From: a virus
Virus record (IMG/VR): IMGVR_UViG_3300028558_000016
Coordinates: 342,014-406,013 of that record
DNA length: 64,000 nucleotides
Direction: 5' to 3' (one strand)
Of the stretch, positions 20,236-28,966 are shown one piece after another; positions within the stretch are counted from its first letter, which is position 1, and each line of letters begins with the position of its first letter. The translations under genes and the position numbers were made by a program. The notes below the pieces were generated by a model that was not told the DNA's origin, did not search any database, and saw only the letters and a program-made list of their open reading frames with translations.

Positions 20236-20481
20236 ATGGAAAACCAAGATCAAGACAGCACAGAAAAACAATTGGATAAGGTAGATAGTTATCTTACCAA
20301 GTTTGGAAACATATTGAAGAAACATTGGGGCAAATTACTTTTGCTTGGATTTGGATATTTAGTTTATTGGTATATGTCTCAACCTGCTGAACAAACAGAA
20401 GCAGATGAACAATATCAAATAGTAGATACTGTTTACGTGGAAGATACGGTTTTCGTGGCTGACACAACAGAAACAGAATAA
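20236..20481 (+). CDS. small membrane protein
   Basis: One hydrophobic helix, GKLLLLGFGYLVYWYM. Confidence 0.35.
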   Translation: MENQDQDSTEKQLDKVDSYLTKFGNILKKHWGKLLLLGFGYLVYWYMSQPAEQTEADEQYQIVDTVYVEDTVFVADTTETE

Positions 20482-20550
20482 TTTTCTAACCCGCTTAAAT
20501 GCGGGACTTAGGACCGGTGAATCGATATTCGCTACATTGATTCACGAAAG

Positions 20551-20580
20551 AGAGGTACCAACGGGTACCTCTTGCTTTTT
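20551..20580 (+). terminator. rho-independent terminator
   Basis: agaggtacc-aacg-ggtacctct hairpin followed by tgcttttt. Confidence 0.55.
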
Positions 20581-21103
20581 AATCCAACGATTTTCTTGTG
20601 CTGTATTGAATCTTGAAGAATTCTCTTCCATCTAAAAGCTCTTTGTTCTTGTCATCAACTTCTTCTATTCGACTGTTCATCTTATTAAAGAGTCTTGTTG
20701 GTTTTAAACTGTAAGCTGTGTTTAATATGGAATTTTTTTGATCATCGTGAGACCACTTTCTGGAAAATCTATTGTCATCCTTTGTTATTGGTTCTTTGAT
20801 CAGGGTTTTCTCCTTGTTGAGCTTTATAAGCATTTTGAATGCTTCATCAGAAACAACGTATCTGTCTGGAATTATTTTTCCAGGATACAAGAACATCAGC
20901 ATAAATTTATACATCAACATTCCATATCCTCGTCCAGCTATCTCAATGATATATGTTCCGTCGAATTTATTAGTTGCCTTTATATAGGCAACAGGTTTGA
21001 AATTTTTTGAAAATACAAACTCCTGAATTTTGTTTCCTTCACAATGAAGTATTCTTAAGTTTTTTGGAAGTGTAAATTCTTCAAATGAATCTATGCGTGT
21101 CAT
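20579..21103 (-). CDS. hypothetical protein
   Basis: ORF. Confidence 0.4.
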   Translation of the reverse strand: MTRIDSFEEFTLPKNLRILHCEGNKIQEFVFSKNFKPVAYIKATNKFDGTYIIEIAGRGYGMLMYKFMLMFLYPGKIIPDRYVVSDEAFKMLIKLNKEKTLIKEPITKDDNRFSRKWSHDDQKNSILNTAYSLKPTRLFNKMNSRIEEVDDKNKELLDGREFFKIQYSTRKSLD

Positions 21104-21117
21104 GAACTATATATCGA

Positions 21118-21567
21118 TCATAAACCTAAAGCATCACTTATTTTTTTCCTGACTTCTCTTAACGGAGTTGTTTCTCCGGCTTTAATCTTAGATGGAATTA
21201 TGAAACCAGTTTCGCGCGTTTCTTCAACGCCATTCATAGTATATGATTCTCCAATAACATCCGTAAAAGTATCTTTAAACAATTCGTCTAATTGAGCAAA
21301 GTATTTTTCTTTAACGAGAAAGAAGAATTGATTCTCGTGCATCATCAAAGAATTGTAATGCCTGAGGAATATTATGTCGCTTCCCCATTCTCCAGCTTCT
21401 TTTCTTGCTTGAACTATTCTTCCAACATACTTATCAACACCATTATTACCGGCCTGTGGACCTGTTATAAGATATTTTCCATGATCAGCATCTGTGAAGT
21501 TTCTGATCATCATTCCCTTGTCATCAACTATTTGATTTAGGAGTTTTGTTATTTCTGATTTTTTCAT
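21118..21567 (-). CDS. hypothetical protein
   Basis: ORF. Overlaps the 3' end of the TerC gene, so the true start may be internal. Confidence 0.35.
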   Translation of the reverse strand: MKKSEITKLLNQIVDDKGMMIRNFTDADHGKYLITGPQAGNNGVDKYVGRIVQARKEAGEWGSDIIFLRHYNSLMMHENQFFFLVKEKYFAQLDELFKDTFTDVIGESYTMNGVEETRETGFIIPSKIKAGETTPLREVRKKISDALGL

Positions 21568-22450
21568 TGTCTCGTATTTCGTTTATTGTTTTCATTTTCA
21601 TTTTCCATTCATCACCTTTCCCCCATTTTTCCCAGGCAACCTTTTCTACTAATTTTCCATACTCACCTGTTGGATTTGCTATAAGCAATGCAGAAAGCTC
21701 ATTCATCGTTTTGGCCTTTATCTCTTCTTCTATTTTATGCAAATCAATATAGGCTTCTTCCATCTTTTCAACATTCTTGTCAAACCTGATGTTAAGAGTT
21801 TCCATTAATATGGCGAACAGCATCATTGAATAGATGTAACCTTTTGGAATGTTTATTCCCATACCGTCTATAAATAAGGAGAAACCTATCATGACAAGGA
21901 ACGCGAGAGCAAGTATCTTAAATGATGGATGTTTCTCTATGAAATTGTTCAATGGGGTAAAGAATAGAAACATGCAGAATATGGCGGTCAATGTTGCAGT
22001 CAATTGGATCCATCGAACATCTGACATTCCAACTGCTGTGATCGTCGAGTCGATGCTGAATATCAAATCAATTGCAGTCATCGTCATAATCATCGACATC
22101 ATTGTTTTTTTCTCAATTGGTTTGTCTGTTCCTTTTTGTTCAATGTTGTGATATAATTCCTTTACGGCTTTGAACACAAGAAAGAAACCTCCACCAACCA
22201 TTATAAGGTCATGCACGTTGTAAGATTTTCCCATGACAGAGAAAAGTTCTTCTTTCATGTTGGCGAGAAATCCAGCACATAGAATCAAGATGGTGTTCAT
22301 GATCATCGAAATAACTATTCCAATTCGTCTTGCTTTCTTTTTAAACGCTGGGTCAAGCTCAGATGTTACTATTGATAGGAATATGACGTTGTCTATCCCG
22401 AGAACTATTTGAAGGGCAGTTAACCCTATTACTGATATAATCAAATCCAT
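21524..22450 (-). CDS. terC: TerC-family integral membrane protein
   Basis: N-terminus ALQIVLGIDNVIFLSIV...KKKARRIGI matches the TerC/Alx hallmark (LEIVLGIDNLIFIAIL...ARLIGL). Multiple TM helices. Confidence 0.65.
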   Translation of the reverse strand: MDLIISVIGLTALQIVLGIDNVIFLSIVTSELDPAFKKKARRIGIVISMIMNTILILCAGFLANMKEELFSVMGKSYNVHDLIMVGGGFFLVFKAVKELYHNIEQKGTDKPIEKKTMMSMIMTMTAIDLIFSIDSTITAVGMSDVRWIQLTATLTAIFCMFLFFTPLNNFIEKHPSFKILALAFLVMIGFSLFIDGMGINIPKGYIYSMMLFAILMETLNIRFDKNVEKMEEAYIDLHKIEEEIKAKTMNELSALLIANPTGEYGKLVEKVAWEKWGKGDEWKMKMKTINEIRDNEKIRNNKTPKSNS

Positions 22451-22535
22451 GATAAGTATGATAAGTTTAATGCAAAAATAAAAAAAATTTCTGAAGAATA
22501 AAAATTATTGGTATATTTGTGCTTATTGATAATTT

Positions 22536-23438
22536 ATGGACAACTTGTATAATAGTAATGGTTTGATTTTTTGGTCAGAAGCGGAGATAAAACTTCGTGA
22601 GATGTTCGAGAACTATTTCGTTCAAAAACTGAAGACCAATCTCAAATCTCAGAACAGAGCATTCGACCTTTATAAGTGCGAAGCTCCATTATTGACTCCG
22701 GTCGATTTAATAAACCCGAATTATACCGAAGAGGATGTTTGGATTCAAGCCAATTTAAGAGGTGCAATGCCGGTTGTTCGTTATGCTGAAAAGAAATCGA
22801 GCATTGACGATGACATGGAAAAATTAATGTCATTGAGCAAAGAACACATGCGTTCCGAAGAGGATAGTTATTACAAACGCATGCTTGAATTGAACGATCA
22901 AATTACAAATGGAAAATTGAATATGGACCTTGCCATTGAAATGGGTGCGGTATATACTGAGATGTATCCTAATCATTCATTAGTATTAAGGCCTGAAACC
23001 ACAATGGGAAGTTATGCTTATGCAAGACATTTGCTTAATCCGCACAATGCAGTTAAGATAATGCCACCATTGGTTGTATATCAACATGGAAAATCATTTA
23101 GAAGAGAACAGGATCAGCCCACAAAATACATGAGGCTTAAGGAATTCTATCAATTGGAATTCCAGATACTATATTCACCTTCTACCAAGAACGACTATTC
23201 TCTAACGTTGATCCCTACAGTAAAACAAATGATAGAGGATATGATTGGTCCGTGTCATGTGGAAGATTCAGACAGACTTCCAAGCTATGCTGAATGGACA
23301 AGAGATGTCATCTGCGATAAAACAGGAATGGAAGTTTGTTCAATGTCAAAAAGAACTGACTACGAGAACATGAACGTCATTGAGGTGGCAATAGGAACCG
23401 ACCGGTGCATATATAATTTCAATTTGAAGAATGGATAA
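22536..23438 (+). CDS. class II aminoacyl-tRNA synthetase-like catalytic core (GlyRS-like), lacks an anticodon-binding domain
   Basis: LRPETTMG, then HGKSFRREQDQP...MRLKEFYQLEFQ, resembles class IIa motif 2 (GKSFRNEI...RVREFtqaE). Only 300 aa. TAtaTTTG at 22512-22519. Confidence 0.5.
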   Translation: MDNLYNSNGLIFWSEAEIKLREMFENYFVQKLKTNLKSQNRAFDLYKCEAPLLTPVDLINPNYTEEDVWIQANLRGAMPVVRYAEKKSSIDDDMEKLMSLSKEHMRSEEDSYYKRMLELNDQITNGKLNMDLAIEMGAVYTEMYPNHSLVLRPETTMGSYAYARHLLNPHNAVKIMPPLVVYQHGKSFRREQDQPTKYMRLKEFYQLEFQILYSPSTKNDYSLTLIPTVKQMIEDMIGPCHVEDSDRLPSYAEWTRDVICDKTGMEVCSMSKRTDYENMNVIEVAIGTDRCIYNFNLKNG

Positions 23439-23787
23439 CGAATATGGAAGCTGCATGTTTTCTATGATGTCATTGAGACATCTTGGACAAACTTTAAAAT
23501 GGGAAGCTTCTGATATTGCTTTGAAACATGTATGTCCATTTTGTAGCGGACAGGCAAAGATAAGAGCTGAACTTAGAGACTTTGGAATTTATGGAGAATC
23601 AATACAGGCATTCTATGCCTGTGTTAAATGCGAGGAAGAGTTTACGACAACGGAAATTGATGAGATAAATATAACGCCTCTTCTTAAAAAGAAGCGTGGA
23701 ACGAGAAAAGTAGTGGAAATAATAAAATCGGTATTAAAACTTAAATTAAAAAACAATGGCACAAGAAGTAACAGACAGCAATCTTGA
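23431..23787 (+). CDS. zinc-finger protein
   Basis: CPFCSG...CVKCEEEF Cys pairs. Confidence 0.35.
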   Translation: MDNEYGSCMFSMMSLRHLGQTLKWEASDIALKHVCPFCSGQAKIRAELRDFGIYGESIQAFYACVKCEEEFTTTEIDEINITPLLKKKRGTRKVVEIIKSVLKLKLKNNGTRSNRQQS

Positions 23788-24070
23788 GGAAACTCTTAAG
23801 ACGGAAAAATTAGTGGTTCTCGATTTTTGGGCACCATGGTGTGGACCTTGCAGGACGATTGGTCCTGTCATAGAAGAACTACACACTGAGTATGGAGAAA
23901 ATGTGGTAATTGGAAAAGTCAACGTTGATGACAATTCTGAAGCTGCCACAAAATACGGAATCAGAAGCATTCCAGCAATTTACTTCATTAAGAATGGAGA
24001 AGTTGTTGACAAGATAATTGGCGCAGCTCCTAAAACGGAGTTTGTGGCAAGGATCGAGGCTAACAAATAA
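23756..24070 (+). CDS. trxA: thioredoxin
   Basis: WCGPC active site in a ~104 aa thioredoxin fold (VLDFWAPWCGPCRTIGPV). Confidence 0.8.
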   Translation: MAQEVTDSNLEETLKTEKLVVLDFWAPWCGPCRTIGPVIEELHTEYGENVVIGKVNVDDNSEAATKYGIRSIPAIYFIKNGEVVDKIIGAAPKTEFVARIEANK

Positions 24071-24071
24071 T

Positions 24072-24623
24072 ATGGCGAACAATAATTTCAAAAGGCCTTA
24101 CAGGCCAATTCAGAAACAAAGGGAACACAAGATCAATGAAGAGATCAGACATCCCAATGTGAGAGTTACAGGTGATGACATTGAGTCACAGGTTGTAACC
24201 ATCCAAGAGGCATTGCGCATGGCAAGGGAAGCTGGAGTTGATCTCGTTGAGATTGCTCCAAGCGCAAACCCACCTGTGTGCAAGATAATCGAATATGGAA
24301 AACTCCTTTACGAGAAAAAGAGAAAAGACAAGGAGAATAAAAAGAACCAAGATCAGGTTGAAATAAAAGAACTTCGATTGACACCAAGCACAGACGAACA
24401 TGATTTGCAATTCAAATGCAACAATGCAATGAAATGGTTAGCTGATGGAAATAAAGTGAAAGCCGTTGTAGTATTCAAAGGAAGAATGATCAAATATAAA
24501 GAGATGGGAGAAATCCTTTTGCTTAAACTTTCTGTGATGCTCGAAGACCATGGAAAAGTTGAACAGCTACCAAAACTCGAAGGCTTCAAAATGACCATGA
24601 TGGTCATTCCAAAAAAGAAGTAA
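24072..24623 (+). CDS. infC: translation initiation factor IF-3
   Basis: REAGVDLVEIAPSANPPVCKIIEYGKLLYEKKRK and the C-domain KAVVVFKGRM...LPKLEG closely follow the IF3 pattern. Start taken at the ATG at 24072 (MANNNF). Confidence 0.8.
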   Translation: MANNNFKRPYRPIQKQREHKINEEIRHPNVRVTGDDIESQVVTIQEALRMAREAGVDLVEIAPSANPPVCKIIEYGKLLYEKKRKDKENKKNQDQVEIKELRLTPSTDEHDLQFKCNNAMKWLADGNKVKAVVVFKGRMIKYKEMGEILLLKLSVMLEDHGKVEQLPKLEGFKMTMMVIPKKK

Positions 24624-24765
24624 AATATTCCATTTACTAAAATTTATTATGCAATCTAACTTATTGACTATCAATAGGTTAGATTTCCATTTATTATTCT
24701 AATTATTTTTATTATTGATATTTATTTAGTAATTTTACTAATGTAAATCAATTAAACAACCAACC

Positions 24766-25185
24766 ATGAAAATTAAACAATTTAACTCAGCAGTAGATTT
24801 TAACCAATTAAGATCTGAAATCAATCAAGCTTTAGAAGGTGTAGGAAAAAAATATGGCGTAAATTTTCAAGCGCGTAATGCCTCATACCTTGATCAAGTT
24901 GCAACCTTCAAACTTGAATTAACAACACTTGGGGAAGGTGGAACCGTAGAAACAAAAGAAGCCAAAGAGTTTAAATCTATGGCAACGTTATATGGAATGA
25001 AACCTGAGGACTTAGGTAAAACTGTTACCATACAAGGACGTAAATTTGAAATCACCGGAATGAAACCTAAAAGCAGAAATTGCATAACAGGAAAAGATTC
25101 AAGTGGTAGAGGTTACAAACTTCCATTAGCTGGAGTAAAACGTTCTCTTGGATATGCAGTTACTGCAATGGATGAAACTTTATAA
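24766..25185 (+). CDS. hypothetical protein
   Basis: ORF preceded by the AACCAACCATG leader. Confidence 0.4.
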   Translation: MKIKQFNSAVDFNQLRSEINQALEGVGKKYGVNFQARNASYLDQVATFKLELTTLGEGGTVETKEAKEFKSMATLYGMKPEDLGKTVTIQGRKFEITGMKPKSRNCITGKDSSGRGYKLPLAGVKRSLGYAVTAMDETL

Positions 25186-25194
25186 ATTAAAATT

Positions 25195-26262
25195 ATGAAA
25201 AAATCTGTAATAAAAGTTTTTTATACAGAAAAACAAGTAAACACTAACGCAAACATAGAAGCTGCATCGAAATCAAAATCACCACTCAAACCGGTTCTTT
25301 TGATGAAAGCTTTAGATGTTCTTGGATATGGAAAAAATCTGGATATTGATCCAGATTTTTTTCCATTTAAAGACGAGGACTTCCTGCTTGCGCACACTAA
25401 AAATTACGTTGAAGCATTTTTCAATGGTGTTCAACCATTGTGTCAAAGTAATTTCTTACCGTGGAGCCAAGAATTGGCAGACTCAGTTCGTTACACTAAT
25501 GCGAGTTTGTATAACGCAATTAGATATGCTTACTTAAATCCTGACCAAGTTACATTAAGTCCTACATCAGGATTCCATCATGCAATGCCTCACAGAGGCG
25601 ATGGATTTTGTACATTCTCAGGACAGGTTATTGCTGCAGAAAAAATGTATCAAGAGTTTGGAGTGTCTGGTGCTGTTCTTGATTTGGATGGTCACACAGG
25701 AAATTCCATAGATGATGCTCGTGGTTTTGCTAAAACAATTGATTTAGCAATTCCGCACGAATATAATTTTGCTCAGCTTAAAGGTAGTGATAAACACTAT
25801 CTCGACTCTCTTTTAGAAGCAATGGATAAAATTGAAACAGGTGTATTGGAAAATAAAATACATTATCTAATGTGGTGCCACGGTGCAGACTCTCACGAGG
25901 ATGATGATTTTGGTGGACAGGTTGACACAGAATATTGGGTTAAATGTTCTGAAGCATTTTATGCTTGGGTGAATCAATTGGATGCTAAATTGATTGCAAT
26001 GGGAAGAAAACCTCTTCCAGTCATTTTAAGTTTATTTGGAGGTTATCGTGATGATGATTATTATTCAGTTATTTCGTTGCACATAAAAGATTTGACAACA
26101 TGTCTTAATCTTCTTTGTGGAGAAAACATAAATTATGATGTGAACGTAAAAGATAAACGTCCAACAATAAAACGTAAACCACCTGAAAAATGGTTTGATG
26201 GAATGCCGCTATCTCTTTTGAATGTTCTTTACCCAGGAAAATATGACGATATAAACACATAG
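25195..26262 (+). CDS. histone deacetylase/acetoin-utilisation (arginase-deacetylase superfamily) protein; TAG stop
   Basis: SGFHHAMPHRGDGFCTFSG and VLDLDGHTGNS resemble the HDAC motifs (GGFHHA..asGFC, DiDvHHGdG). Confidence 0.5.
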   Translation: MKKSVIKVFYTEKQVNTNANIEAASKSKSPLKPVLLMKALDVLGYGKNLDIDPDFFPFKDEDFLLAHTKNYVEAFFNGVQPLCQSNFLPWSQELADSVRYTNASLYNAIRYAYLNPDQVTLSPTSGFHHAMPHRGDGFCTFSGQVIAAEKMYQEFGVSGAVLDLDGHTGNSIDDARGFAKTIDLAIPHEYNFAQLKGSDKHYLDSLLEAMDKIETGVLENKIHYLMWCHGADSHEDDDFGGQVDTEYWVKCSEAFYAWVNQLDAKLIAMGRKPLPVILSLFGGYRDDDYYSVISLHIKDLTTCLNLLCGENINYDVNVKDKRPTIKRKPPEKWFDGMPLSLLNVLYPGKYDDINT

Positions 26263-26264
26263 GG

Positions 26265-26340
26265 CTTGGCCGGAATCAGGGGACTGCGGATTCTAAACCC
26301 GCTGAACCGTGGGTTCGACTCCCACCCAGGCTACCAATTA
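26265..26340 (+). tRNA. degenerate tRNA-like gene with encoded CCA; anticodon-position loop uuCUAaa (CUA)
   Basis: Canonical T-arm gtggg-ttcgact-cccac. Acceptor ggcttgg/ccaggct with A73 and CCA encoded. D-arm short and poorly paired. Anticodon stem has 4 bp plus a mismatch. Confidence 0.4.
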
Positions 26341-26366
26341 AAAAAAGTAAAAAATAAAAACCAACC

Positions 26367-26684
26367 ATGGAAAAAACAACGTTAATAACAGAATTAAAAG
26401 GAATAAGCAAAAGCTTATTTGAGAAAAAAGATTTTCAAAATGCAGGACGAATAAATCTTGCAATTGATGTTCTTGAAGAAGTATTGCCAATCAAAGAAAC
26501 ACCGGCACCAATAAAGACTGGTGATAAAACCAATAAATTTTTAAATGAATGTGAAGAGATGAATTGTGATAATTGCAAAGCAGTCACTGGACATGTATTG
26601 AAAAGAAAAAGACTTGGTGGAACATCAGCAAATTCTGAAAAATCTTGGACATGTTCAATATGTGGAAATCAAAAAATTAAATAA
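26367..26684 (+). CDS. zinc-ribbon protein
   Basis: CDNCK...CSICG. AACCAACCATG leader. Confidence 0.35.
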   Translation: MEKTTLITELKGISKSLFEKKDFQNAGRINLAIDVLEEVLPIKETPAPIKTGDKTNKFLNECEEMNCDNCKAVTGHVLKRKRLGGTSANSEKSWTCSICGNQKIK

Positions 26685-26701
26685 CCTTAACATCATTAAA
26701 T

Positions 26702-27013
26702 ATGTTTGATTTTCACCAAAAAGATACACACGCAACTAATTTCTCTATAGACAAAAAAGATCTATATGAGAAGGCAATGGAAATTTTTAAAAGCTATAAT
26801 CCAAAAATAAAAATATGGATTGAAGATACAGCATTTGATTCTTTCGGAAGACCCTATTATGACCATTTGAGTTTACATACAGATCAAGGTCATAAAGGTA
26901 AAATTAAATGGATAGGATTCTTTTCTACCATCAATAAAAGAAAGCTCCTGGCTGGAGAAATAAAACCAAAACAAACAATCAAAGAAAAACTTAAAGTATT
27001 TTTAAACCTATGA
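26702..27013 (+). CDS. hypothetical protein
   Basis: ORF. Confidence 0.35.
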   Translation: MFDFHQKDTHATNFSIDKKDLYEKAMEIFKSYNPKIKIWIEDTAFDSFGRPYYDHLSLHTDQGHKGKIKWIGFFSTINKRKLLAGEIKPKQTIKEKLKVFLNL

Positions 27014-27951
27014 AAACGTTAACAGAGAACAAGTCCAAAACTTTATCTAAGTTTTTGGAAACCCTAAGGGATAAAAGAGGATTTGACGCTGAAATTTATA
27101 CAGAAAGAAAAGCGTATGCAATAAATAAATTCTTTAGAGAAAATAATCTTGATTGTGCTGTCATTGGACTTTCTGGAGGTGTCGATAGTGCTGTTGCATT
27201 TTCTCTTCTCGAATTTGCTTCTCGCAGACCAGACTCACCTATCAAAAAAATTCTTGCATTAGCAATGCCAATATATGGAAATGGAACAACGAACCAAACT
27301 GATGCTACTAATAAAGCAACGAGGTTCATAACAAATTTTCTTGGTACAAAAAGAAAAAGGTACAATGATAAAGTAGAGTTTGAAATGTTTGATCTTTCGC
27401 ATGCCTACGAATCATATCAATATGGACATGAAACAGACGCATGGTCTAACGGACAATTAGCGAGCATTGTAAGAACTCCGTTTCTATATTATAATGCCGC
27501 ATTGTTACAAACAAAAGGATATAAATCAATTGTGGTTGGAACTACAAATCGTGATGAAGGTTCTTACATTGGCTTCTTTGGAAAAGCTTCTGACGCAATG
27601 GTCGATCTTCAACCGATAGCAGATATACACAAAAGCGAAGTGTATCAGGTTGCAAAACTTTTAGAAGTTAGTGATGAAATAATAAATGCAACTCCGGCTG
27701 GTGACGTTCACGATGGCAGAGTTGATGAAGAAATGATTGGTGCTCCATATTGGTTTCTTGAATTATTCCTTCTTCAAAAACAATACAAAGAGACTGCCAA
27801 GTTAGAAACGTTTGAAGACGGAGAAATTTATGGAAAATATTACGCATCAATAGAAAGCATTCACGAAAAAAATAAACACAAATACCAGGTAGGTTCACCA
27901 GCACATTTTATTGATGTGATGGAACGTAAAATAGAAGGAGGTTGGCAATGA
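27010..27951 (+). CDS. nadE: NH3-dependent NAD+ synthetase (NadE)-like PP-loop ATPase
   Basis: PP-loop GLSGGVDSAV. GTTNRDEGSYIGFFGKASDAMVDLQPIADIHKSEVYQVA matches the NadE tgNksE..vGY.T.yGD...P..dl.KtqV pattern. Confidence 0.6.
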   Translation: MKTLTENKSKTLSKFLETLRDKRGFDAEIYTERKAYAINKFFRENNLDCAVIGLSGGVDSAVAFSLLEFASRRPDSPIKKILALAMPIYGNGTTNQTDATNKATRFITNFLGTKRKRYNDKVEFEMFDLSHAYESYQYGHETDAWSNGQLASIVRTPFLYYNAALLQTKGYKSIVVGTTNRDEGSYIGFFGKASDAMVDLQPIADIHKSEVYQVAKLLEVSDEIINATPAGDVHDGRVDEEMIGAPYWFLELFLLQKQYKETAKLETFEDGEIYGKYYASIESIHEKNKHKYQVGSPAHFIDVMERKIEGGWQ

Positions 27952-28718
27952 TACAAATAGTTAATACAGAAAAACCAGCAATAGAAAAACTTCCAGGCGG
28001 TTGGGAGCCTGATTTCTCAATTCAGCTTAAAGAGACAACTGATTGTAACGAAGAAATGTTCAAGCGAGCATCAGTCTACACGAATTTATTTTCTTCAGAA
28101 GAATGTGATGATATAATAAAAAAATTCATGCAGTCTCCGCGATTTGAAAATGTAACCGTTCAAGGAATAAAAGATGTTCCAGACGATAGAATTGGAAGCA
28201 TAAGAACAACTGCATGGAGCACGAAAATTGCAGATGAGATATGGGAAAAGAAATTCAAATTCTTTATGCAAGACATCGCATGTAGCACAAAAACTCCAAC
28301 TGATTGGTGGCAAGGGGATAACGAAAGAAGATTATGGAAACCAGTTGGCATTTCTCCCATGTTGAGATTCATGAAGTATGAAAACGGTGGACAACATTAT
28401 GCTCATTACGATGCAGGCCACATATACAAGGATGATAAATTCAGAACACTTTGTTCGTTTGTAATGTATTTGACCACCAATGAAAATGGTGGAACCACGA
28501 GGTTCATAGAAGACCAACAGAGTGATCTTAATGAATGGGAAAGAAAACACGAAGATTGGCCGAGAGAATCAAGAGAAGATGAAGTGCTGTTCAGATCTAA
28601 ACCTATAAAAGGAAATGTTCTGGTATTTCCACACAGAATGTGCCATGACGTTGAAAAATATTTTGGGGACACTCCAAGGATTATTATAAGAGGTGATGTT
28701 TTATTTGAAGCAATATGA
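27942..28718 (+). CDS. hypothetical protein (possible 2OG-Fe(II) oxygenase-like)
   Basis: HYDAGH ... PHRMCH spacing. Confidence 0.3.
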   Translation: MAMIQIVNTEKPAIEKLPGGWEPDFSIQLKETTDCNEEMFKRASVYTNLFSSEECDDIIKKFMQSPRFENVTVQGIKDVPDDRIGSIRTTAWSTKIADEIWEKKFKFFMQDIACSTKTPTDWWQGDNERRLWKPVGISPMLRFMKYENGGQHYAHYDAGHIYKDDKFRTLCSFVMYLTTNENGGTTRFIEDQQSDLNEWERKHEDWPRESREDEVLFRSKPIKGNVLVFPHRMCHDVEKYFGDTPRIIIRGDVLFEAI

Positions 28719-28966
28719 ATTGGAAAGTAATATTCTTCAAAGAATATAATGATTGGGTTCCATATCAAAATGAATCTGTATGTGAATGTGTTGAAGAAGC
28801 TTGTCTTAAAAAAGTCTACAATCAATTAAATCCTGGAATTGAAGCTGACCATGATTATAAAATTGAATTTAAAGATGGTGAAATCGTTCATATTCTTTTT
28901 GGAGTAATAGTTTCTGGAAAAATTAAGTTTACTAATAAATTTGCTAATGAATTGGAAAGTAAATAG
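28715..28966 (+). CDS. small hypothetical protein (TAG stop)
   Basis: ORF. Its start context is duplicated at 28944. Confidence 0.25.
   Translation: MNWKVIFFKEYNDWVPYQNESVCECVEEACLKKVYNQLNPGIEADHDYKIEFKDGEIVHILFGVIVSGKIKFTNKFANELESK

Noticed and set aside
24652-24684. 8-bp inverted repeat aatctaac/gttagatt after the IF3 gene as a terminator
   Set aside because: The 17-nt loop is long and there is no clean T run. It is kept only as a weak structured element.
26263-26340. attP-like integration site (the 3' half of a tRNA is typical)
   Set aside because: No integrase, recombinase or excisionase-like genes are visible nearby. A degenerate tRNA or suppressor remains the simpler reading, and the question is left open.
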